Source: Prasinococcaceae sp. CCMP 1430 (lineage: Eukaryota; Plantae; Prasinodermophyta). From it: a stretch of DNA of 64,000 bases. The position numbers and the translations under genes are program-made. Each line of letters starts with the position of its first letter. The stretch's first letter is position 1. Positions 1-9,818 of the stretch are shown one piece after another. Location of the stretch: positions 348,603 to 412,602 of the forward strand of contig RQSC01000002.1 of the NCBI GenBank assembly GCA_013416795.1, in the 5' to 3' direction. The notes under the pieces are model-generated. The model was not told where the DNA came from. It did no database searches and saw nothing but the letters and a program-made list of their open reading frames with translations.

Positions 1-13
1 GCTCGCCGGCAGC

Positions 14-2089
14 ATGCCGAGGCGGCGTACGAGGCGGCCTTACCTTGACGTCACCGTCGAGACGCTGCCCGAGCTCCGCTCGCAGGTGCGCACGCTAGAG
101 GAGCGGCTCGCCAAGATCTCCAACGAGAAGCGCCTCGGCGAGATCAGGCACGCCGCGGCGGTCGAGAGATACGAGCAGGAGGTGGCTGCGCTGCGCGATC
201 AGGCGGAGGCCGACCTCAGTGACGTGCTGCGTAGGCAGGAGGAGGTCGAGGCGGCCGCGCCGCTGCTGGCGGAGCAGATGGAGGCGGCTAGGGACGAGCT
301 GCGGAACTTCACCTTCGACGAAAAGAAATACGTGGCCGCGCGCCGCGCGGCCATCGGCAGCCGCACGCTGCGCGAAATGGTGGTGGTGGCCATCGGTGAC
401 GCGCTGGCCGACGCCAGCAGCGAGGCGGACAAGGCATTCAAAGACGCGGAGGCCGCACGCGCCGAGAGTGCGAGCGTCATGAGCGAGCTCTCGACGCTCC
501 GCCGTGACAACGTGCGGCTGTTGGCCGAGAACGAGCAGCTGCAGGAGGAGCTCGACACGGTGAACACGACGGCTGCCGCGCGGCTGGAGCGCCTGCAGAC
601 CGACCTTCGCTCCTCATCCACGCGGGCGGAGGTACTGCACGCCAAGGGTCAGATGTTTGATGAGGAGAAGGCCGCGCGCGATGCCGCCGAGCACCGCGCC
701 AGCGAGGCAGCTGCGGAGCTATCCTCAAAGGCAGCCTTGCTGGACACCGTCACAGATGAGCGAGATCGATACTGTCGCGAGGCGCGAGACCAGGCGCACA
801 CGACCGAGCTGCTGACGCGCGACAAGGCGCATCTGGAGGGCGCGCTCAGCACGGAGCGGGAGCGCGCCGAACGCGCCGAGCGCGAGGCAGAGACGCTCGC
901 CCAGCAACTGTCCGAGTCCAAGGCCAGCCGCGCCAAGTTGACGGAGCAGCTCATGGAGACTCGCTCCGACACCCAAAATGCATACGAGACGCGCCTGCAG
1001 GCGGAGCTCACGCGTCTCCAGTCGCAAGCGAAGAAGGACCTGGATGGTCTCACCACAGATGCAGCTGTCACGCATGAGCGCGAAACGCGCCTGCTCCGCG
1101 AGATGCGCGACGTGGCTGCGGCCGAGGCGGAGCGTGCGCGCGCCGACGCGCGCGAGGCTCGCGACGCCCACGAGGCGCTGCTCGGAAAGCACCGCGAGGC
1201 GATGACTGAGGCCGAGCGGCGGTCGACCGAGCTGTGGAGCGAGTTCAAGGTGGCGCGCTTCGAGCTCGATCGTGCCAAGGTCCTCGCTGAGGAGCAGGGC
1301 TCGCGCGCTCGCCAGGCGTCCTTGGAGGCAGAAAAGATGGGCGTTAAGCTGCGCGTGCTCACCGAGTCGTACCACGAGCTTGAGTCGAGCGCTGCCCGCA
1401 AGACAGCAGAGATGGAGGGCAACCTCAACGTTGTCCGCGAGCGCTTGCGCCACTACGAGGAGCTCGAGCGCGAGATTGACGACGCGGTGCTGTACCGCGC
1501 CAAGGACTCCGGAGAAGAGGAGGCCAACACGGAGATGCGGTGGCTGGAGAGCGTGGGCGGGACGATTCCCACGAGCATGCGTCGGCGCGTGCAGCAGTCG
1601 GTAGCCTTGGCTCGCCGCTGCCTGAAGCTTCAGACGGAGGGTGAGGCGCTTGAGGCGGAGCTCGCGAAGGAGCGCTCCACGGTGGCCGAGCTGACAGACA
1701 AAGTGACGACATTGGAGACCAAGTGGGCACGAGCGCAGCAGCCCGCATCCTACCTTGTGGCCTCTGTTCAGACCGCGGAGGCTGAGCTAACGGCTGCGCG
1801 CAGGCGCATCGAGATCCTCGAGACTGAGCTCTGCGATAAGCGCGAGCGCTGGCGGGCGACAGAGGATGCCAACACCTCGATGGCGAGCGATATGCAGCGC
1901 GTGCTGCAGGAGAGGGGCGCCATTGACGCCATGCGCAACCTGCTGGTGCCAGCTGCCGCGGCAGCGAAGGCGAATGCTGCTGCGAACCCCAGCACGACAG
2001 CTGGGGCCAAGGCGTCGAAAGTCCCTGCCGCAAAGGTCGGCGGCGCTGGCAGGAGGCCCTCCTCGAGCACTGGCAAGCGGCGTGTGTGA
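14..2089 (+). CDS. PIBF1: PIBF1/CEP90-like centriolar coiled-coil protein
   Basis: 691 aa all-coiled-coil ORF; C-terminal RRRVQQSVALARRCLKLQ and QQPASYLVASV resemble the PIBF1 segments RRLKQSVHLARR and QPYRYLIESV (recalled, not searched). The true start may lie upstream of the window. Confidence 0.7.
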   Translation: MPRRRTRRPYLDVTVETLPELRSQVRTLEERLAKISNEKRLGEIRHAAAVERYEQEVAALRDQAEADLSDVLRRQEEVEAAAPLLAEQMEAARDELRNFTFDEKKYVAARRAAIGSRTLREMVVVAIGDALADASSEADKAFKDAEAARAESASVMSELSTLRRDNVRLLAENEQLQEELDTVNTTAAARLERLQTDLRSSSTRAEVLHAKGQMFDEEKAARDAAEHRASEAAAELSSKAALLDTVTDERDRYCREARDQAHTTELLTRDKAHLEGALSTERERAERAEREAETLAQQLSESKASRAKLTEQLMETRSDTQNAYETRLQAELTRLQSQAKKDLDGLTTDAAVTHERETRLLREMRDVAAAEAERARADAREARDAHEALLGKHREAMTEAERRSTELWSEFKVARFELDRAKVLAEEQGSRARQASLEAEKMGVKLRVLTESYHELESSAARKTAEMEGNLNVVRERLRHYEELEREIDDAVLYRAKDSGEEEANTEMRWLESVGGTIPTSMRRRVQQSVALARRCLKLQTEGEALEAELAKERSTVAELTDKVTTLETKWARAQQPASYLVASVQTAEAELTAARRRIEILETELCDKRERWRATEDANTSMASDMQRVLQERGAIDAMRNLLVPAAAAAKANAAANPSTTAGAKASKVPAAKVGGAGRRPSSSTGKRRV

Positions 2090-2223
2090 GGGGCCGCGCG
2101 CGCGCCGATGGTGCTGGGCGCGCCGAGGACGACGGGGCGGGCTGGAAAATAGCGGAATGCGTATTAAATATCGTACAAGATCTCATCACTCGTGCCGGCG
2201 CTGGTGGCTAGGCATCCGTCAGC

Positions 2224-3499
2224 TCACGCTGCGATGCTGGTGCAGTCGTCCCGCATCGGTAGCACGGTGCGAGTGACACGCCCACCTGTCGCCAGCGCGA
2301 GCTTGTCGTGCTCGTACACGACATGCAGCTCTCCAATGCGCGCGCGCAGCCCACACAGCGACGCCGTCAGCTTTTCAGCGGCGACGGCGAGCGCCTCGGC
2401 GCCACCGCCTGGCACCTCGAAGAGCCTCGCCAGCGTGGTATGCAGCATGACAGGCTGGGCGGCGATTTGTTTGATTGGGCTGCGTGGGAGCGCGGCTCGC
2501 AGCTCGTTCCTGAGGGCGACGGGCTCGCTGGTGCCATCCCCGGCGCTCCCGGCAGGCGCCGTTGTGCGCCGACCGATGGTCCAGCACGCAAAGAGCACCC
2601 CGCCATCCGTGGCCACCACGCGGTCTAGCTCGAGCTCGAACGCGCAGTTCGAGGCCGCTACGGAGCGCACGGCCTCTATCTCGCTTTCGAGCTGCCCACC
2701 ATCGGCGGGCACCTCGTCCAAGTGGTGGCTCGCATGGTACAAGGTGGCGTGATAGGCCTTCGAATCTTGCGCCCACGCGCCAATCCCGTGCGACACGCCA
2801 AGTCCTTGCAGCGCCGTCTCCGTCGCTGCGCGAATGCCGCAGCGCGCGCGCGCGCGCGCGCGCGCGTCAGCGCCGCCTCGCCCCAGTCGCCGCAATCTCG
2901 CACGTTCGCACTCGCTCGTGCATCTCGCACCCGCACACTGCGCGCTCGCCCAGTGCGCACGCATTTGGCCACGCACCTTGACCAAGCGCACCGGCTGCAT
3001 CTACGTCGACGGACACTGGCACCACGATTGCACGCACGGGTACTTCGAGCGGTGGCAGCGAACGCGGCGTCCACTTGCCCCCCGGGCCACGCTCGTACAG
3101 GTCGGTAATCTGCAGACCCTGTGAGAGCACGCCGGCCGCCAAGGGCGCCAGCGACTGCGGCACGGGGCTCGATGAGGGGCCGTGGAGCAACTTGGCGGCG
3201 ATGCTCGAGTACAGCTCGGCGCGCTCGGCGTTGTGTGGCGTCGAGGAGAGCGCGAGGTGCTGTCTGCGCGCGCTGCAGCGGGCGTTCGACACCAGCTCGG
3301 CCGCGCGGACCCCTGCGCCCGGCACCACATCCGGCACGCCCGCTGGCCCGATGCCCGCCCACGCGCCCGCGTGCAGCCCCCCTCCCGCACGCGCGTTGCC
3401 TTTCGTGTGCAGCTCGTGCACGCCGCCCTCGACGGCCGCCGCCCTGAGCGCGAGGAGCCGCGCGCCCGCGAGCAGCAGGATGCCGCCGAGCGCCGCCGC
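2224..3499 (-). CDS. 2H phosphoesterase-superfamily protein with N-terminal hydrophobic segment (2 exons; start probably in the N gap)
   Basis: Two HxT motifs (AYHATLYHASHH, MLHTTLAR). Intron about 2827-2976 (GTGCGT...CAG) joins ORF 2867..3829 to ORF 2224..3000 in frame (LGQ/ATETAL). Confidence 0.6.
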
Positions 3500-3744
3500 N
3501 NNNNNNNNNNNNNNNNNNNNNNNNNNNNNNNNNNNNNNNNNNGGAGGGGGCACAACGGGCGCTGCGCGCTGCGCGGCGGCGGCGCGGTGCCCGCCGTTGG
3601 CGGCGGCACGTGGAAGCTCGGGGCAGGCCCGCGCGCGCGCCAGACGCAATGTTTGCAAACTATGTGACTCAACCTGTTGGGGGAATGGCCGACCGCGCAC
3701 AGTGCGGGCGCGCAGGCGCAGAGCGCACGTGCCCAGGCGTTGGC

Positions 3745-5355
3745 TCACTGGGCTGGTGCTGCCGAATACGTCTCCAGCAGCCACGCCTCTGCCTCCTCCT
3801 TGGTGGCATCGGGCCTGGCCAGCTGCCACTCGAGCGCCGCCGCGCTCATCTCGCCGACCACCTTGCCCTTGGCGCCGGTGGCAGCCATGATGGCTCGTCC
3901 GTCGAGGAGCGGCTTAATCTCCCAAGCACGCTCGAGCCCCATGCCGACCACGATGGCGGCCGCCTCAGCGCACGTGCGCGCAGCCGCCTCGGCATCGTCG
4001 CCACCACCGCCACCGCCGCTGCCAATGCTGTCGCAGTCGGCCGCCTCGCCGGCCGGCAGCGCCACGCCCGCGCCACCCTGCGCGCACACTGTGCCGAGTA
4101 GCAGCGACGCACGCCACAACGGCCCGCACGCGCGCACGAGCTTGCCGACCGTCACGCGCAGCGCGCCGGAGTCGTTGCCGCCGGCGCCCTGCTCGAGTTG
4201 TGGCAGCAGGGCCGCGAACGCTTCCGCGTGCGCGTGAAGATGCGCAACATCCTTCCCATCCTGCGCGCGCAGCTTGAGCCCCGCCGCCACGATCTGCAGG
4301 CTCAACGGCACATCCTTCTTCTTCACGCGCACCGTCTGTGCACGCAGCGGGAGCAGCGCAGCCGCAAGTGCCGTGATGCGCCTCTCCTCCGCGCTGAGGG
4401 CACCACCGTCTTGCTGGGACAGCAGCGCGTCCCACGCGCCGAGCGCAGCGGCTGCCGCCTCGGCCGCGGCCGCGCATGCCTCGCCCATGCGTGCACCGCC
4501 ACCAGGGACCACTGCGTTCACCTCCCACTCAGGTGACGCACCGGGAGCCGCGAACACCTCCGGCAGCACGCCCAGCTGCGCCATCGTGCGCACCGCGCTC
4601 TCAGGCCCCGGCCCCTTGAGCATGCCATTGATCTCCACGCCAAACCGCTCGCGGCTCACCTTTTGCGCGAGTGCATCCCGCACCTCCGGCAACCCCGCTG
4701 CCTCGGCAAGGGCGTCATCAACCGCAAAGCCGTAGCGCGTGGCGAAGCGAACGGCGCGCAGCACGCGCAGCGGGTCGTCCAGGAAGGTGGTGCGCGGTGG
4801 CAGCGGCGTTCGCACCACGCCCACGCGCAGGTCATCGAGGCCGCGTCCGGTGAGGTCCTCGACCGTGCGGGTATTGATGTTGTAGAAGAGCGCGTTGATG
4901 GTGAGGTCGCGGCGCAGCGCGTCCTCCTCGGCCGTGCCAAACTTCATCTCCGGGATGCGGCTGTCCTCGGCATACTCCTCGCTGCGAAGGTTGACGAGGT
5001 CGAGCTCCAGCCCGGCGACCTTCATGGTGGCCGTCTCCAGGTGCTTCGACTGGTCGGGGTTGGCCTGGATGACGTGGGCGCCGCGGACCTCTTCGCCGCC
5101 CTTGAGCTCGAGGTACTCCTTGACCTTCTCGGCGAATTCCCTCCCGAGCATGTCATCGAGCGCGATGTCCACGTCCTTGCACTCCTTGCCGAGTAGCTTG
5201 TCGCGCACCCAGCCGCCGGCGACTCGAAGCGTCGTGCCGAGGCCGAAGTGCGCGGCCGCGCCCAGAAGCGTGCGGAACACATCCTCCTCCTGCGGTGTGA
5301 GGCGCAGCGCTCCCTCGCTGAGCGCATCATCCGGCGGTTGCGGCACGCGTCGCAT
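3745..5355 (-). CDS. TRNT1: CCA-adding tRNA nucleotidyltransferase (class II)
   Basis: VAGGWVRDKLLG, DVDIALD, DLVNLRSEEY, EEDALRRDLTINALFYN and DDPLRVLRAVRF motifs. Confidence 0.95.
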   Translation of the reverse strand: MRRVPQPPDDALSEGALRLTPQEEDVFRTLLGAAAHFGLGTTLRVAGGWVRDKLLGKECKDVDIALDDMLGREFAEKVKEYLELKGGEEVRGAHVIQANPDQSKHLETATMKVAGLELDLVNLRSEEYAEDSRIPEMKFGTAEEDALRRDLTINALFYNINTRTVEDLTGRGLDDLRVGVVRTPLPPRTTFLDDPLRVLRAVRFATRYGFAVDDALAEAAGLPEVRDALAQKVSRERFGVEINGMLKGPGPESAVRTMAQLGVLPEVFAAPGASPEWEVNAVVPGGGARMGEACAAAAEAAAAALGAWDALLSQQDGGALSAEERRITALAAALLPLRAQTVRVKKKDVPLSLQIVAAGLKLRAQDGKDVAHLHAHAEAFAALLPQLEQGAGGNDSGALRVTVGKLVRACGPLWRASLLLGTVCAQGGAGVALPAGEAADCDSIGSGGGGGGDDAEAAARTCAEAAAIVVGMGLERAWEIKPLLDGRAIMAATGAKGKVVGEMSAAALEWQLARPDATKEEAEAWLLETYSAAPAQ

Positions 5356-5801
5356 CCTCGCCGCGGACGGCGGCGGCCGCGCGGTGCGGCAGGTGCTCGC
5401 GCTGCCGGCCGGCCGCGCGCACGCGGCGGCGCGCGGGGGCGAAGCCGCAACCAGGTCTACCCTCCAACTCCGGCGAAATAGACCTGGTATCGTCGAAACG
5501 AACAGGTGTGTTGCATCAATCCGCTGGGTGAATCCAGATCCATACCCCGTAGAGCGCGATGACGCTTACAATGAAAGAATATATATGTGTCTACATTTCC
5601 AAAAATACGGAGTGCACTAAGAAATTAATTCCGAAGTTTGCGCGCGGCTGGGCGGCGGCCGCCGGCGGCTGGAGGCCGCTGGGCTGCGGCGGCGCGCCAC
5701 AGCGCGCGCCAGGGGAAGGGAAAGGGTCCGCGCCGCGCTCCTGTCGCGAGCCGCCGAGCCGCCGAGGGGCCTCGCCGCGCCCGCTGCGCCTCGCCCGGCG
5801 C

Positions 5802-6077
5802 ATGGTCGACGTCATCCAGGGCGTGCTCGTCGAGTGCGACCCGCCGCTCAAGCAGTACCTGCTGGCGCTCGACGACAGGGAGACCGTCAAGTTCGTCGTC
5901 GACAAGCTGCCCTCGGACGACCGCGCGCTCTTCGTCAACCCCAGCGCCAAGGGGTTCGTCGACGAGAAGATCGCCGAGCTGTACGACAAGTACTCGGCAG
6001 ATCCCCGCGACGACCGCGAGGACAAGAGGAGGGCCGCCGCGGGGGGCGGTGCGGGGGGCAAGCGCAAGGCGCGGTAG
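5802..6077 (+). CDS. TFB5: TFIIH subunit Tfb5/TTDA
   Basis: MVDVIQGVLVECDPPLKQYLLALDD...FVVDKL...LFV matches the Tfb5 pattern; ATG at 5802. Confidence 0.85.
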   Translation: MVDVIQGVLVECDPPLKQYLLALDDRETVKFVVDKLPSDDRALFVNPSAKGFVDEKIAELYDKYSADPRDDREDKRRAAAGGGAGGKRKAR

Positions 6078-6161
6078 AGCGCGAGAGCAGCAGCAACAGC
6101 AGCGTCCACGCCGACGCCGACAGCCACGACACCAGCAGCAGCGCCCAAACAGTGCCTTGCG

Positions 6162-9100
6162 ATGGACATGGAGTTTGCCGGCGCGAGCGCCTTCGACGAG
6201 GCGCTCGATGAGCTGCTCGACGACGCCGAGCCAGAGTACGCCAGCGTGGAGCCGTGGCTGCGCGCGTGCAAGGCCGCGCTGGATGCGGCGCCTGCGGGTG
6301 TCGAGCTCACCGCACGCGACGTGCCCCACGCCGCGGCGCTACCGGGCGACGCCGCTGACGCGGTGTGCAAGTGCGAGCCGCCCGAGGCCGTCGCGCTGGT
6401 CGGGTCGGTGCTGCTGCGCACGTGCGTGACGCCGCCCTCGTCGGGCGAGCGCCCGCGCGCAGACCTGGCGGTAGTCATCCCCGCGAGCTGCGTGCTGGAG
6501 AAGGACTACCTGGACTACCGCTACCACGCGAAGCGTGCGCTCTACCTGCAGTACGTGGCCGACGCGCTCGCGGCCGCGGGGATCCTCGCCGAGGGCGTCG
6601 CCCGCGCCTACCTGGAGCCGCTCGCCGGTGATGTGCACAAGCCTGCACTCGTGCTCGCGCCGGTCACCGGCGGTGGCGGCGCCGCGCTCGGACTGGCGGA
6701 CACCGAGTTCGAGGTGCGCCTCATTCCCACGCTGGCTGAGGGCGCGTTTGCGCCCGCCAAGCTGGCGGCGTCGCGCTGCAACCTGCGCGCGCGCCGCGCT
6801 GCTGAGGATGCTGGCGTGACCGCCGGGGTCACTGCCGGGGACGCTGTGGCGCGCAAGGCCGGGCTGGACTACGCCGGGCCCCGCGAGGGCGGCGCTCCCA
6901 CGCCCAAGTACAACCATGCCATCGCCGAGGACGTGTACTCGGCGAGCAGCGGGGCGCAGCTGCGCGAGGCCTTTGCCGCGGACGCACGACTGGGGCTCGC
7001 GACGCGCGCGCTCAAGCTGTGGATGCGGCGGAGGGGCATGCTTGGGGGTGCGCACTCGCTGGGCGGCTGGGAGCTTGCTGCGCTCGTTGCTGCCCTGGGG
7101 TGCGGCGGAGAGCTGCGCGCTGCTGCCTCGGGGGCGCGCGCCGCCGCACAGCAGGTGCTGGCTGCGGTGGCTGCGCGCGGCGCGCTGCGCTCGCCGCGCG
7201 CTCTCGCCGGTGGCACGGCGTCGGTACCACTGGGCGAGTGCCCATGCTTGGTGGAGGACACTGCCGCGGGCGTGCGCGTGAACTTGCTCGCGCGCGTGCG
7301 CTCCGACACTCTGCGTGAGTTCGAGTGCGAGGCAGCGCGCGCGGTGCGCGCGCTCGCTGCGCGGACACCCGAGGCACTGGGTGCACTCTTCGCGGGTGCG
7401 CCCGCGCGCGCGTGCGAGCGTTTCGATGCGGTGCTGAGCCTCGACGCGCGAGCGGCGGCTGCGAGCACGCCTGCGAGCACGCTGTCGTCGCTGGAGACGT
7501 GCGCGCAGCGCGCGGCTGAGGAGCGCGCGACGGACGCGCTCGTGGCAGCGCTCGGCGCGCGCGCGCGCCGGGTCCGTCTGCTCGGTGCCGACGTGCCACG
7601 CGCGGACTTCGCAGCGTCGGCTGCCGCCGGCAAAGCCAAGAAGGCGAAGAAGGCCAAAGGGGGCGGGGGCGCGGCGGGCAGCGCGCTCACCTGGCGTGCG
7701 CCAGCGCTGGTGGCGACCGGAAGCGCGGCGGTTGGCGTCGTGCTCGACAAAGAGTTGTGCGAGAGAATCGTCGATATCGGCCCGCCGCAGAGCGACAAAC
7801 GCGCATGCGCGCGCTTCCGTGCCCTGTGGGGCGAGCGCTCGACGCTGCGCCGATTCCGCGACGGCGCGGTGTGTGAGGCGGCGGCATGGGACGATGTCGC
7901 GCGCGCGCAAGGGAGACATGCGATTGCATCAGAGGCCGCGCGCACGGTGCTCATGCGCATGTTGCCAGACGTGCCGGTGAGCTATGCGGCGACTGAGCTG
8001 GACACGGTGTCAAATAGCGATAGCGAGGCGCTGCCGGCGCTGCGCGCGGCTTTCGATGCGCTCGCGCGGCGCCTGCGTGCCCTTCCCGGCCTACCGCTGG
8101 GCGTACGCGCGGTGGCACCGGTTGCTGCAAGCCTGCGCGGCGCAGAGCCGTGTGTGCGCGGCGCTCACCCAGTGGCCGCAGGCGCATGGGCCGATGTGGA
8201 TGCCAGAGAGGGCAACGAAGCCAAGGCGAAGAAAAACAAGAGGAAGAGGAGCGGAGCATCGGGGGGCTCTGACGTGCTGGTGGATCGCTGCATGGACGCT
8301 CACGAGGTGCTGGTGGAGGTCGAGGGGAGCGGCCGGTGGCCGAACGAGCCGGCGGCGCTGGCTGCCACGCGCGGCGCTTACGTCCTTGCGTTGGGGGAGC
8401 AGCTGCGCACCGCGCACGGCGTGACGAGCAACGCCGTGGACGACGGCGCAAGCGAGGCTGCACTGGAGGTGTTCTTTGAGGGTTTCGCGTTTCGGCTTCG
8501 CGTGCACGATACGCGCCCCAAGGGTGATGCGAACGCGAGCGCGCAGTGGCACGAGCGCGAGCGCGCGAGAGAGTACGCCTCCGCTTTCGAGGCCGCGGCC
8601 GACGCCGCGCCGGCGCTGCCGGGCGCCGTGCGGCTTGCCAAGCGCTGGCTCGGCGCGCATCTGTTTGACCCCGATGCCTTCGGCGACGAGGGCGTGGAAC
8701 TCGTCACGCTAGCCGCGTTCGGCCACATGAATGGCATGGACGGGGCGGCTGCCGCCGACAGTGGTGCAGTGCCCGCGACTGCACTTGCAGGCTTCGCTCG
8801 CTTCCTGGCCCTGGTGGGCGGCTTCGACTGGAAGGGCTCGCCGCTGTTTGTCGCTGGCATGGGGGACGACTCTGGGGTGCGACAGGCGGCCGAGCGCGCG
8901 AAGGCGTCGGCCAAGGGGGCGCGCATGGTGGTCGCGAGCGCGGTGGAACCCGCAGGGACCTCGCGTGCGCGCCTGCGCGGCACGGAGCTCGCGAGGCTTT
9001 GCGCTCTTGCCCGCGCGTGCGGCGCGCGTCTTGACGCGCTGCTCACAGGCGGCTTCGGTGCACTCCGAGCAGGCGAAGCGCTCCCCGGCACGCAGACAGA

Positions 9101-9605
9101 GCGCTGGCTGCAGCTCTTCCGAGGCTCCTGCGCCCCCTTCGACTGCGCTGTGTGCTGCCACACGCGCGCATGCGCGCGTGCGACGGCGATGGATGCCATC
9201 GACCCTGCACTAGGCGAGGCGCTCGAAGACGAGGGCGCGCTGGCCGCCGCGAGCGCTGCTCTCATGCCGCTCGCCAAGCCTGCGGGTGTGCTCGGGGCAA
9301 AGGGCCCCGCCAAGTCGTTGCTTGTGGGCTTTGATCCTGTGGCCATCCTCGCTCGGCAGGTTGCGCGCATGCCCGGCGTAGCGTTCGTGGGCTGGGACCG
9401 GTACGGCGGGCGCACAATCGCCGTCGCGCTCAAAGCGGCCGCGCGCGGCGCGGGTGACGCGCTCGCCGAGGCCATCGCCGCCGTTGGGGAGGGACTGGTC
9501 GCGAGCGTGTGCGTGCGCGCCGACCAGCGCGAGCCCGAGGAGCCCGAGGAGGAGGCGCCTAAGGCTACGGGCAAGGGAAAGGGCAAGAAGCGCGCGCGCA
9601 AGTAA
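6162..9605 (+). CDS. UTP22: Nrap/NOL6/UTP22 U3 snoRNP-associated protein
   Basis: KDYLDYRYHAKRALYL, FRALWGERSTLRRFRDGAVCEAAAW, VEVEGSGRWP and AVRLAKRWLGAHL motifs; 1147 aa. Confidence 0.93.
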   Translation: MDMEFAGASAFDEALDELLDDAEPEYASVEPWLRACKAALDAAPAGVELTARDVPHAAALPGDAADAVCKCEPPEAVALVGSVLLRTCVTPPSSGERPRADLAVVIPASCVLEKDYLDYRYHAKRALYLQYVADALAAAGILAEGVARAYLEPLAGDVHKPALVLAPVTGGGGAALGLADTEFEVRLIPTLAEGAFAPAKLAASRCNLRARRAAEDAGVTAGVTAGDAVARKAGLDYAGPREGGAPTPKYNHAIAEDVYSASSGAQLREAFAADARLGLATRALKLWMRRRGMLGGAHSLGGWELAALVAALGCGGELRAAASGARAAAQQVLAAVAARGALRSPRALAGGTASVPLGECPCLVEDTAAGVRVNLLARVRSDTLREFECEAARAVRALAARTPEALGALFAGAPARACERFDAVLSLDARAAAASTPASTLSSLETCAQRAAEERATDALVAALGARARRVRLLGADVPRADFAASAAAGKAKKAKKAKGGGGAAGSALTWRAPALVATGSAAVGVVLDKELCERIVDIGPPQSDKRACARFRALWGERSTLRRFRDGAVCEAAAWDDVARAQGRHAIASEAARTVLMRMLPDVPVSYAATELDTVSNSDSEALPALRAAFDALARRLRALPGLPLGVRAVAPVAASLRGAEPCVRGAHPVAAGAWADVDAREGNEAKAKKNKRKRSGASGGSDVLVDRCMDAHEVLVEVEGSGRWPNEPAALAATRGAYVLALGEQLRTAHGVTSNAVDDGASEAALEVFFEGFAFRLRVHDTRPKGDANASAQWHERERAREYASAFEAAADAAPALPGAVRLAKRWLGAHLFDPDAFGDEGVELVTLAAFGHMNGMDGAAAADSGAVPATALAGFARFLALVGGFDWKGSPLFVAGMGDDSGVRQAAERAKASAKGARMVVASAVEPAGTSRARLRGTELARLCALARACGARLDALLTGGFGALRAGEALPGTQTERWLQLFRGSCAPFDCAVCCHTRACARATAMDAIDPALGEALEDEGALAAASAALMPLAKPAGVLGAKGPAKSLLVGFDPVAILARQVARMPGVAFVGWDRYGGRTIAVALKAAARGAGDALAEAIAAVGEGLVASVCVRADQREPEEPEEEAPKATGKGKGKKRARK

Positions 9606-9818
9606 TCCGTGGGTGGGCGGAAGGCGCGGCCTTTCGGAAGTATATTCTGCTTTACATGTGGCTGCCAGAGTGCGTAAGGGCGCAGCCAGTGTGGCCAGCG
9701 CGTCGCTTGACCCAGCCAGATATTTGGTTGTACCGCAGGGGTGTTGCTGCGCTTGCTGTCGCCGACGCCACCAGCGGCGCCGCCCGGGGGCTCGCTCGTA
9801 GCTCGCGTGCCATTGATA

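Noticed and set aside
3745-5355. Split CC-adding or A-adding enzyme
   Set aside because: The flexible-loop region (ANPDQSKHLETA) and RRD template motif look intact, as in ordinary CCA enzymes.
9611-9635. Short hairpin after the UTP22 stop resembling an intrinsic terminator
   Set aside because: Eukaryotic Pol II locus, weak stem and no U-tract.
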